NCBI GenBank assembly: GCA_958296235.1
Contig: OY282457.1
Span: 635,769 to 699,768 of the forward strand
Length of the DNA: 64,000 nt
DNA from: an uncultured Candidatus Binatia bacterium
Lineage (GTDB): Bacteria; Desulfobacterota; Binatia; Bin18
Reading direction: 5' to 3'
Both the position numbers and the translations under genes were made by a program. Positions 8,401 to 17,152 of this stretch are shown in pieces. The notes under the pieces are model-generated. The model was not told the origin of the DNA and ran no database searches. It saw only the letters and a list, made by a program, of their open reading frames with translations. Each line of letters opens with the position of its first letter. Within the stretch, counting starts at the first letter, position 1.

Positions 8401-9915
8401 CTACTTCGCCAACTGACCCGTGGCGTGACCGTTCGGCCTCGTTTCGACTGTCCTCTCCGACAGAATCGCTGCCGCGGCCTCTTCGACCGCCGTGCCTTTG
8501 AAAAAGTCGGGGTTGGCCTCGCCCCAGAAGCGGACTGGATTGGTACACATAAAGTCACGGAACCCAATGTCGCTGACCAGGCCTTTTTCAACCAATTCGT
8601 ACGCTTCGGGCACCACCTGGTTCATGTTTGCTACGTCAAAGTGGCCGATGTCCGAGCCGAAGAGCGCGTTGAGCTGCGCCCCAAACGGATTGCAGTGACG
8701 ATTGAAGGCCCAGGCGTTCATCTTGTCGTCCGACTCACAGCCGAAGTAGAAATTCTTGACAAACAAGTCGTGGATGTCCGCCGCCTGGGTGATCGCGCAG
8801 GCCGAAAAATCGTCCAGGTTGTCAATGCCGCCGACGGCTGTTGAGCCTTGTGCACTCAGCACTGTGTCCAAGGCCGCCTCGCGCTGCTTGAACGCCTCAG
8901 CCATGTCTGCGCTGCCATATTTCAGCGCCAGTTCGCTCAGCAGTCGCTGGTCGAGATTGGCGGGATCAACCTCCGCCAACGCCGCGCGATTCCGCTTCTC
9001 CCAATGTTCAATCAAGTCGGCGTACAACTGACACGCCCAGCCGACTCCCCCCTCCAGAAAGGCGAATTTGAGCGTGGGGAAACGCCGCGTCACGCCACCA
9101 AGAAAGAGGGCTTTACACACGGCTTCGTTTGCCGCGGCAAAATGGCCAACGTGGTTGTACACAAAATTGGAGGGCGAAATCCGTAGCGCATAGCCACGCG
9201 AGCCGGTATGAAACGTCGGCGACAGGCCACGCTCAACGCACATTTCCCAGACCGGGTCGTAGTCGTATGCGCTGTCCAGACCCAGCACGTCGCGCCACGT
9301 CAGCAGTTCTTCCGTACCGGGGTATTGCTCGACCGCGGCGGGAATGGGCCGTTTAATCATGCTGCCCAGCATGATGACCTTCATCCCGAGCTGCGCAGTC
9401 ACATAGTCGATTTCTTCCAGGGCCTCTTCGGGCGTGTGCATCGGAATAACCGCGGTCGGGGTCATGCGGTCGGCATAGGCCCGAAAATAGTCTGCGCTAA
9501 AGATATTAAACGCCCGGCAGGCGGCTTTCCGCAGTTCGGTATCACTGCCGCGGGTCAACCCCAGACCCGCGGTGGGATAGAGGATGGTAAAATCTATGCC
9601 GAACTCGTCCAGGCGTTCATACAGCAACCTGGGCAGCATGGCCGTTGCCCGGTCGCGCGTATTCTTGGTGGGAATCCCCCAAAAGGCTTGCTGCGCGGTC
9701 CGCTGGCGGCGGCGTTCCGCCACTGACAGGCTTAAGTGCTCTTGGACAAGTTTGGTGAACACCGAGAAACCTTCGACTGCCTTGTCGCCGCCAATTTTTC
9801 TCAACTGTTCGCGCACCAGCGGCCCAAACTCCAGCCAGTGTCCGTCCGCGTCTATAATCGGATGCTGCAATCGGGCGCGTATACCCGCTCCGTTCGTCTG
9901 ACCAGTGCTGCTCAT
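8401..9915 (-). CDS. Amidohydrolase-2 family metal-dependent hydrolase (ACMSD/LigI-like TIM barrel)
   Basis: Real start is MSSTGQTNGAG...IIDADGHWLEF (ATG at 9913-9915). The ORF-track N-terminal extension to 10161 only translates REP copy A2. C-terminal EGTNIPSPREGEG is also REP-derived, so the 3' end may be shorter. Confidence 0.7.
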   Translation of the reverse strand: MSSTGQTNGAGIRARLQHPIIDADGHWLEFGPLVREQLRKIGGDKAVEGFSVFTKLVQEHLSLSVAERRRQRTAQQAFWGIPTKNTRDRATAMLPRLLYERLDEFGIDFTILYPTAGLGLTRGSDTELRKAACRAFNIFSADYFRAYADRMTPTAVIPMHTPEEALEEIDYVTAQLGMKVIMLGSMIKRPIPAAVEQYPGTEELLTWRDVLGLDSAYDYDPVWEMCVERGLSPTFHTGSRGYALRISPSNFVYNHVGHFAAANEAVCKALFLGGVTRRFPTLKFAFLEGGVGWACQLYADLIEHWEKRNRAALAEVDPANLDQRLLSELALKYGSADMAEAFKQREAALDTVLSAQGSTAVGGIDNLDDFSACAITQAADIHDLFVKNFYFGCESDDKMNAWAFNRHCNPFGAQLNALFGSDIGHFDVANMNQVVPEAYELVEKGLVSDIGFRDFMCTNPVRFWGEANPDFFKGTAVEEAAAAILSERTVETRPNGHATGQLAK

Positions 9916-10037
9916 AGAAAACCTCCCCGAGATCGATCGAGATAGACCGAGATGGATACATACCGCCCCTCCGGCGGTTCTGCCAAAGCAGGCAGAGTAT
10001 AGGAATTCAGACGGATATTTACAATGCTTGTTATGAG

Positions 10038-10164
10038 GTAGTGGTTCAGTTTCAAAGTGCTCCCCTCCCTGGCCCTCCCCCTCTCGGGGGGAGGGAATGT
10101 TTGTCCCCTCTCCCCTGGAGGGAGAGGGCTGGGGTGAGGGGGAATAAGCAAACTGAATCACTAT
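10038..10164. repeat. MITE/REP-like element, family A copy 2
   Basis: See 7323-7475. Terminal inverted repeats gtagtggttcagttt / aaactgaatcactat. Confidence 0.7.
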
Positions 10165-10191
10165 CTATTACGCTGGCTATTACGCTGGCTA

Positions 10192-13100
10192 CTACGCTGG
10201 AACGGGCGCGAGTTCATCCAGCAATGCCTTTGCCGCCCGCAGGTCCGGCGTTTCCAATCCCTCGGTAAACCACCCGTAGATATTCGAGAGGAGCTGGTAG
10301 GCGTCGTCCGGCTGGCCGCTCTCTTGCCATACTGCAGCCAGACGAAGCGCGCTGCGGAGTTCCAGGGATTTTGCCTGCTGAGTCTGGGCGGTCTGGATGG
10401 CGCGCTGAAAACAGGCCGCGGCTTCCGGGCGGTTTTGATCCGGGCCGTTTGTGGCCGTGAGGAATAATTCCCCCCGAGTGCGCAGCAGTTCAGCCTGCCA
10501 CCATTTTTCGTTGCTCTTGTCCATCTCGGCTTCCGCTTCGATCAACACGGCGAGGCCGTCCTGGACTCGATCGACCTTGCCATAGGCTTCCGCCAAAAGC
10601 AGAGACAGTTGGCCAAGCTGCCGAATGCCGGACTCCTGCCAGATGCGCTGGCCCTCCAGCATGTCGGCGATGCCCTCTTCGACATGGCCCTGTTCGGCTA
10701 AGGCCCAACCGCGCAAATAGGTCCCGGCGGCCTGAAAGTACGGAAATCCCTGCTCACTCGCCAGGGCGACCACGCCCTCTGCCTGGGTCTGGGCCAGCGC
10801 CCCTTCTCGTCGAAAGCGATAGACCGCAGTTCCAAAATGCAGGGCAAAGACCAGACTGTACGGATGGGACATCTCTCGGGCGCGCGTGATGGCTTCCTGG
10901 CTGCGCTGGAGGGCCTGGTCGGGATAACCAAGATGCCACAGCATCCAGGCCAGAAAGGCCAGACTCGAAACACCAGGGTCCTGGCCTATCACTCCCTGCG
11001 CGTTCTCCGGGCCGTGGACGCTCGGATCATACATGTCCACGGAACGTTCCAGATGCGCTCTGGCGTCAGCAAACTCGCCCAACCGAAAGGCCGTCAAGCC
11101 CAGCGCCTGCTGGGCCGGCAAGAATTGCTGGGAGCCGGGCATACACTCGGACAGGCAGCGGAGCTTTTCAATCACCTCTCCCGCGGCGGCATACTCGCCG
11201 CGCACGAGATGAAACCGCCATAAGCCAAACAGGACGGGGAACTTCTGCGGCAGGTCCCCAATCGTGTGCGACAGTTCGCGGGCGCGCGAGTACACGCGCT
11301 CTACTTCCGGCGCGGCGTACCCTTTGGTTGCCATCAGGCACGAGCCGAGTGAGATCAGCAGGGTCAGCTCTTGCTGCGGGCGGTCTGGGGCGGGAGGCAA
11401 CGCCGGCAGCAGGTCCAGCGCATGGTTCAGATCACGAATCGCCTCAGTATAGGCAGACTGCTTGAGCGCCATCTCTCCGGCGCGTTGATAGTACTCGACG
11501 GCTTTTTTCGTATTGCCGCTGTGGGCGGAATGATAGGCGAGTTCTCTGAGGCGGCGGTCATTCAGCTGCGCGTGAAACAGGGATTCAATGGCCTGGGCCG
11601 TCCGGGCGTGCACGTCCTGGCGGCGCTCGGATACAAGCGAGTTATAGGAAACATCCTGGGTAAGCGCGTGCTTAAAGGTATATTCGACTTCGGGAAAGGC
11701 GGGCTGCTCATAGATAAACTCCGCGGTTTGCAAACGGGATAGCACGGGAACGAGGGTTTCCTCAGCCTCCTGGGTCACTTGGGTCAGGAGGCTGAGCGAG
11801 AACTCCCGGCCAATCACCGCCGCGGTCTGGAGCAGGGCTTTTTCTGCTGCGCCTAATTGGTCGATACGCCCGGCCAGCACCCCCTGGACGGTCGCTGGGA
11901 TATGGACCTCAGCAAGCGGCCTGGTAAGGGAAATGCCACCCATCCCACGGACCAGGACACCTTGGTCAAACAGCGTTCGGACCATTTCCTCCATAAAAAA
12001 GGGCGTCCCCTCTGTTTTCTCCAGTATGAGCTGTTTGAGCGGTTCGAGCGAAGCGGCTGTGACCGGCCAGTTTGCTTCGTCGAGGAGCGCGGCCAGGAGT
12101 TCCTTGGCATCTTCCATACCCAGCGCATCGAGGCGGAGCTGGCTGTAATAGGTCTTGCTGCCCCACTCATGCCGGTACTCCGGGCGATAGTTCGTCAACA
12201 GGAGCATGGGCGCGGTGGCCAGGCTCTCACTCAGGGCATCCAGAAAAGCCTGCGTCCCATCGTCCAGCCATTGCAAGTCCTCAAAAATCAGCACGACCGG
12301 CTGGGTGAGACTTTCACGCAGCAGGAGGCGTTTGATGGTGTCAAAGGAGCGTTGTTGGCGGATGTGGGGGTCCATCTGTTGCAACGCCGCGGTGAACTCC
12401 GAATGGCCTAAGAGGCTGAGCAGATAGGGCAACCCGTCTTCGAGCGCACGCTCAAGCGCGACCACGCGACCGGCGACTTTTTCATGCAGCGCGCGCTCAT
12501 CATCCTGGGGGCGAATCTGGAAATAATTCTTCAGCAACTCAATCAGGGGCAGATACGCATGGCCTCTACCATGTGCGACACAAAATGTTTCCAGGACAAG
12601 ACAGTGTTGCTCGGACAGCGCTTTGAATTCGTGAAACAGCCGGGACTTGCCAACTCCCGGCTCGCCCATCACGCCGACGATCTGGCCCTGTCCGTTGGTG
12701 GCTTGTTCGCGGACCTGTTTGAGATGTTCGATTTCTTTTTTTCGCCCGACAAAACGAGACAGGCCGCGCGTGGCTGACACCTGGAGACGGGTCCGTAACG
12801 CGCCAACCCCGAGGAGTTCGTAAATCCGTAAGGGCTCGCTGACGCCTTTGATCTTCGCCGCGCCCAAATCCTTGAACTCGAAATAGCCCTCAGCAAGCTG
12901 GTGGGTGTACTCACTCACGACCGTAGAGCCCGGCGTGGCCAGTCCTTCCATGCGGGCCGCCAAGCTGGTCGAATGACCAACCGGCACATAGTCAGTATGC
13001 AGATCGTTTTTGCGAATGGAGCGTACCACCACCTCGCCGGTGTTGACGCCCACCCGCATCTGAAGATTGACCCCTTTGTCAAGCCGGAGCTGTTCGGCGT

Positions 13101-13617
13101 AGGCTTTCCCCTCTGCCTGCATGCGTAAGGCGGCAAACAAGGCCCGCTGGGCATGGTCTTCATGGGCGATAGGCGCGCCAAAGAGGGCAAAAATGCCATC
13201 GCCCATAGACTGGGCCACATAGCCTTCATAGCGATGCACGGCAGCCATCATGAGTTGCAGGGCCGGGTCAATAATGGAGCGGGCTTCTTCCGGGTCAAGG
13301 TCCTCAATAAGTTCCATCGAGCCCTTGATATCGGCAAACAGCGCGGTAATGGTTTTCCGCTCTCCATCAACCGCCCCACGCGCTTCGAGCGCGGCCTGCT
13401 CAGCGCGGATGCGCTCGGCCAGATGGGGCGGGGGATTGGGGGTGGGGGATTGGGGATTGGGCAGCCTGGCGAGTGACGTCCCGCATTCCATACAGAATTT
13501 GGCTCTGGGGACGTTCTCACCGCCGCAGTTCGGACAGCGGTTCTGGAGCGCGGCTCCGCATTCGATACAAAACCTTGCGCCGTCGGGATTGTCGGTATCA
13601 CACTGGAGACATCGCAT
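10192..13617 (-). CDS. Multidomain signalling protein: double zinc ribbon - class III adenylyl/guanylyl cyclase - AAA/NB-ARC-like ATPase - TPR repeats
   Basis: 1141 aa. N-terminal CxxC x4 (RCLQCDTDN...CPNCG...CMECG), cyclase catalytic core (FADIKGSM...GDG), P-loop GEPGVGKS, long TPR/helical C-terminal region. Confidence 0.8.
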   Translation of the reverse strand: MRCLQCDTDNPDGARFCIECGAALQNRCPNCGGENVPRAKFCMECGTSLARLPNPQSPTPNPPPHLAERIRAEQAALEARGAVDGERKTITALFADIKGSMELIEDLDPEEARSIIDPALQLMMAAVHRYEGYVAQSMGDGIFALFGAPIAHEDHAQRALFAALRMQAEGKAYAEQLRLDKGVNLQMRVGVNTGEVVVRSIRKNDLHTDYVPVGHSTSLAARMEGLATPGSTVVSEYTHQLAEGYFEFKDLGAAKIKGVSEPLRIYELLGVGALRTRLQVSATRGLSRFVGRKKEIEHLKQVREQATNGQGQIVGVMGEPGVGKSRLFHEFKALSEQHCLVLETFCVAHGRGHAYLPLIELLKNYFQIRPQDDERALHEKVAGRVVALERALEDGLPYLLSLLGHSEFTAALQQMDPHIRQQRSFDTIKRLLLRESLTQPVVLIFEDLQWLDDGTQAFLDALSESLATAPMLLLTNYRPEYRHEWGSKTYYSQLRLDALGMEDAKELLAALLDEANWPVTAASLEPLKQLILEKTEGTPFFMEEMVRTLFDQGVLVRGMGGISLTRPLAEVHIPATVQGVLAGRIDQLGAAEKALLQTAAVIGREFSLSLLTQVTQEAEETLVPVLSRLQTAEFIYEQPAFPEVEYTFKHALTQDVSYNSLVSERRQDVHARTAQAIESLFHAQLNDRRLRELAYHSAHSGNTKKAVEYYQRAGEMALKQSAYTEAIRDLNHALDLLPALPPAPDRPQQELTLLISLGSCLMATKGYAAPEVERVYSRARELSHTIGDLPQKFPVLFGLWRFHLVRGEYAAAGEVIEKLRCLSECMPGSQQFLPAQQALGLTAFRLGEFADARAHLERSVDMYDPSVHGPENAQGVIGQDPGVSSLAFLAWMLWHLGYPDQALQRSQEAITRAREMSHPYSLVFALHFGTAVYRFRREGALAQTQAEGVVALASEQGFPYFQAAGTYLRGWALAEQGHVEEGIADMLEGQRIWQESGIRQLGQLSLLLAEAYGKVDRVQDGLAVLIEAEAEMDKSNEKWWQAELLRTRGELFLTATNGPDQNRPEAAACFQRAIQTAQTQQAKSLELRSALRLAAVWQESGQPDDAYQLLSNIYGWFTEGLETPDLRAAKALLDELAPVPA

Positions 13618-13737
13618 GGGCAGTGCCTAAGAGTCTTGCGAGGCGAGTGCGGACGTGTTCTATCGTCTCAATCCGGTGGACAATCATTTGGGCGCAGAAT
13701 TCAACGATGAGGCCCTCGTTTGCGTCAAAACGAGTAC

Positions 13738-13968
13738 TCACAACACCACGGCCGTATTCTTGGGCAGGCTCCCAACAAAAAGTAAGGCACAGTGTTTCGG
13801 TTTGAACAGGCGTGCCTGACGGTAGACCTCATCTCGGTTCTTACTGTGCCATAAGACCCGTCCTCGCTGAACACTCAGAGAAGCATCTACCTCCGGGTCA
13901 TTAATGAGGACCCATTCTCCATCATACTGGGTTCGGATTTCTTGGACCGAAAGGATATTTGTATCCAT
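13738..13968 (-). CDS. Small conserved hypothetical protein (76 aa)
   Basis: ORF MDTNILSVQEIRTQYDGEWVLINDPEVD... sits between the CoA ligase and the cyclase gene. The ORF-track 206-aa version is an antisense extension into the ligase gene. Confidence 0.35.
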   Translation of the reverse strand: MDTNILSVQEIRTQYDGEWVLINDPEVDASLSVQRGRVLWHSKNRDEVYRQARLFKPKHCALLFVGSLPKNTAVVL

Positions 13969-14002
13969 AAGTTTCTCGCAAATATGCCGGGCCACAGAGA
14001 CG

Positions 14003-15592
14003 CTACTCCGGCGTCCGCAGCTTATAGCGCTGAATTTTCCCGGTCGCGGTCTTGGGCAGCTCGGATACGAATTCGACCCAGCGGGGGTATTTGTGCGGCA
14101 GCGTGCGGTCTTTGACAAACAGGCGCAGCTCCTGGGCCAGCTCTGCTGAGGCGGTCTGGCCTGCTTTGAGCACCACAAATGCCTTGGGTTTGAGCAGACG
14201 ATTGGCGTCTTCCCAGCCGACAACCGCGGCCTCCAGCACGGCCGGATGTTCAAACAGAATGCCCTCGACCTCGGCCGGCGAGACCCACTGACCCGAGACC
14301 TTGAGCATATCATCCGCACGGCCACAGTAGGTAAAATACCCCGCTTCGTCCTGGACATAGGTATCTCCGGTGTTGATCCAGTCTCCGCGCATGGTTTGCG
14401 CGGTCTTCTCGGGGTTGTTCCAGTAATAGACGGCCCCGGACTGGCCCCGAATCAGGAGGCGACCCATCTCGCCGGCAGTGACCGGATTCCCGCTTTCATC
14501 CACAATCCTGGCCTCATAGCCGGGAACCGGGCGTCCGCTGGCGCCTGGCTGATAATCGTCCAGGCGGTTGGAGATGAAAATATGCAGCAGTTCGGTCGAG
14601 CCGATGCCATCCAGAATCGTCAGGCCGGTGCGCTCCTTCCAGCCGCGGAAGACCTCGGCCGGCAGCGCTTCGCCGGCCGAGACACAGGCGCGTAAGGACG
14701 GGAACGCGCGTGCGTGCTCTTTTTCCTGCTCCAGGGCGAGCAGTTGGGCCGCGTACAAAGTCGGCACCCCGAAATAGAGCGTGGGCCGGAAACGGTCAAT
14801 CAGGGCAAACGTCATATCCGGTGAGGGACGCTGGTCGCTTAAAATTGCGGTTGCTCCGCACCAGAGCGGAAACGTCATGGCGTTGCCCAGACCGTAGGCA
14901 AAAAACAGCTTGGCCGCGGAAAAACACACGTCCTGTTCCGTCATGCCCAGCACGCCCTGGGCGTACCGGACACAAGTGACAACCATGTCGCGCTGGCGAT
15001 GGACCGCGCCTTTGGGCCGACCGGTCGAACCTGAGGAATACAGCCAGAAGCAGGCGTCTTCGGCCGAAGCCGGCGCGGGTTCCAGCGCGGCAGATGCGGA
15101 CCGCATCAACGCGGCGAAGGGGGTGTCCTCCCCGGCCACGCATACGGACTGCGGGGTGCGTTCGGCCCCGGCCAGGGCCGCTTCCACGGTTGGCGCGTAC
15201 TCTGCGGAATAGGCCACCAGCGCACACTCGGAGTCGTCTATCATATATTGATAATCGGTCGCCCGGAGCAGCGTATTGACCGGCACGGGGACGATCCCGG
15301 CCTTGATGGCTCCCCAAAAGAGCGAGAAAAATTCGGGGCAGTCCTTCACGATCATCAGCATCCGGTGGCCAGTCCCAACGCCCATTGAGCGCAACGCATT
15401 GCCACACCGATTGACCTGTTCGGCAAGCTGCCCATAGGTCACATCGCCGTGAACCGTGCGGATGGCAATATTGCGTGCCCGTCCCTCTTCCAGATGCCGG
15501 TCGATAAACGACACGGCCACGTTGAAACGTGGCGCAAACCGGATGGACGCTGGAGAGCCGGTTGGATCAATGCTGACGGTATTGGCCTGCAT
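14003..15592 (-). CDS. Aromatic acid-CoA ligase (benzoate-CoA ligase family, AMP-binding)
   Basis: 529 aa, YSSGSTGRPKG AMP-binding motif. Sits next to boxB/boxC. Confidence 0.8.
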   Translation of the reverse strand: MQANTVSIDPTGSPASIRFAPRFNVAVSFIDRHLEEGRARNIAIRTVHGDVTYGQLAEQVNRCGNALRSMGVGTGHRMLMIVKDCPEFFSLFWGAIKAGIVPVPVNTLLRATDYQYMIDDSECALVAYSAEYAPTVEAALAGAERTPQSVCVAGEDTPFAALMRSASAALEPAPASAEDACFWLYSSGSTGRPKGAVHRQRDMVVTCVRYAQGVLGMTEQDVCFSAAKLFFAYGLGNAMTFPLWCGATAILSDQRPSPDMTFALIDRFRPTLYFGVPTLYAAQLLALEQEKEHARAFPSLRACVSAGEALPAEVFRGWKERTGLTILDGIGSTELLHIFISNRLDDYQPGASGRPVPGYEARIVDESGNPVTAGEMGRLLIRGQSGAVYYWNNPEKTAQTMRGDWINTGDTYVQDEAGYFTYCGRADDMLKVSGQWVSPAEVEGILFEHPAVLEAAVVGWEDANRLLKPKAFVVLKAGQTASAELAQELRLFVKDRTLPHKYPRWVEFVSELPKTATGKIQRYKLRTPE

Positions 15593-15610
15593 GGCTGCTG
15601 TCCTCTTGCG

Positions 15611-17152
15611 CTAGGCGTTTTCTGCCCATTGCACATACGGAAAGTCGAGGGGCTGATTGTTGATTCCGCGGGCCGGCGGGGCAATCCAGCTTGCCATTGC
15701 GCCAGGTTCGGTGACTGGCTGCATGAGCGCAGCCACAAAGGCGTGATCGTCCTCGGTCGGCAACCACGCGGCAAGCTGGCGCTGCCACTCTTCGGCTGTC
15801 ACCACATCGCCCTGTGGAGAGATATGGACATCGGAAAAAGCCCCAATCCTGCGGTGAAAGCCTCGATGGGGCAAGACCAGCCGGCGCTCAATGCCCTGCC
15901 GTTCAATAACATTGTTCCAGCGGTTCAGCCCCCGCTGCGAGTCGGCAATATAATCGTCGCGTAACCGTTCGTTAATGGCGAGTAAAGCCGGCGCGTCCTC
16001 ACGCACGATGCTGCCGTCTGCCGGGCGCTGGATCGGCCAGGTCAGCGCCGAGAGACGATGGTCATCGTTGATGCGGGTTTCGCGATAGCGGCCTTTGAGG
16101 CCGGTCGTAAAGTAGTCGGCGGCGTTGGTCGAACGTTCCTGGCCGAACAGGTCGAGCGAGACGCTGTAATGAAAATTGATGAAGCGCTGCAAGGTCGGCA
16201 GGTCGATGGCCCCTGCCGCCCGGATACGCGCCGGGTCATCCGTCTTCAGTTCATTCATGACTGCGCAGGTGCGCTGGATAATCCGCATGACACCTGTCTC
16301 ACCCACAAACATATGATGCGCCTCCTCCGTCAGCATGAACTGGCAGGTTCGGGCCAGGGGATCGAAGCTGGATTCGGCCAGCGCGGCGAGCTGATATTTC
16401 CCATCCCGGTCGGTGAAAAAGGTAAACATGAAATAGGCCAGCCAGTGGGGCGTCTCCTCGTTAAACGCGCCCAGGATACGCGGTTTATCCACATCGCCGG
16501 AATGGCGCTCCAGCATCATCTCGGCTTCTTCCCGACCATCCCGACCAAAATAGGCGTGCAGGATATAGACCATGGCCCACAGATGACGCCCCTCTTCAAC
16601 ATTGATCTGAAACAGATTGCGCAGGTCGTACAGCGAGGGGCAGGTCTGGCCCAGACGGCGCTGCTGTTCGACGGAGGCCGGCTCAGTATCCCCTTGGGTC
16701 ACGACCAGGCGGCGTAACAGGCTGCGATATTCGCCTGGGATTTCCTGCCAGACCGGCTCTCCAAGGTGGTCCCCAAAGGCGACCCGCCGCCCCTCCTGCG
16801 GCTTGGCCAGGAAAATGCCCCACCGATAGTCGGGCATTTTCACATAGTCAAAATGGGCCCAGCCGTCGGCCTCAACGCTCATAGCCGTCCGCAGATAGAC
16901 GTCATGCGCCTGCGTTCCTTCAGGACCACAGGTATCCCACCAGCGTAAATAGTTCGGCTGCCACGATTCCAGTGCGCGTTGGAGTCGGCGGTTGTCGGCT
17001 AAGGCAACATTGTTCGGAATACGCTCAGTATAATCAATCGCCACGGCTACACCCTCTGTTTCCGAAAACGGCTCTGTTTCCCCGTGCCATACAGCGTCAA
17101 CGCCCCGTCTTCGCCAACGGCGTTCGGTCGCTGAAAGATCCAGTTCTGCCAC
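15611..17152 (-). CDS. boxB: Benzoyl-CoA 2,3-epoxidase subunit B (BoxB, diiron oxygenase)
   Basis: IDYTERIPNNV N-terminal block, diiron EEGRHLWAM and EEAHHMF motifs, about 480 aa core. The ATG at 17152 would overlap boxC by 106 nt. A GTG at 17042-17044, 2 nt after the boxC stop, is an alternative start. Confidence 0.75.
   Translation of the reverse strand: MAELDLSATERRWRRRGVDAVWHGETEPFSETEGVAVAIDYTERIPNNVALADNRRLQRALESWQPNYLRWWDTCGPEGTQAHDVYLRTAMSVEADGWAHFDYVKMPDYRWGIFLAKPQEGRRVAFGDHLGEPVWQEIPGEYRSLLRRLVVTQGDTEPASVEQQRRLGQTCPSLYDLRNLFQINVEEGRHLWAMVYILHAYFGRDGREEAEMMLERHSGDVDKPRILGAFNEETPHWLAYFMFTFFTDRDGKYQLAALAESSFDPLARTCQFMLTEEAHHMFVGETGVMRIIQRTCAVMNELKTDDPARIRAAGAIDLPTLQRFINFHYSVSLDLFGQERSTNAADYFTTGLKGRYRETRINDDHRLSALTWPIQRPADGSIVREDAPALLAINERLRDDYIADSQRGLNRWNNVIERQGIERRLVLPHRGFHRRIGAFSDVHISPQGDVVTAEEWQRQLAAWLPTEDDHAFVAALMQPVTEPGAMASWIAPPARGINNQPLDFPYVQWAENA

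Noticed and set aside
8227-8844. 205-aa plus-strand ORF
   Set aside because: Begins in REP family B and runs antisense through the amidohydrolase gene. No domain signal.
13738-14358. 206-aa minus-strand ORF
   Set aside because: Only the last 76 codons are intergenic and plausible. The rest overlaps the CoA ligase gene antisense.
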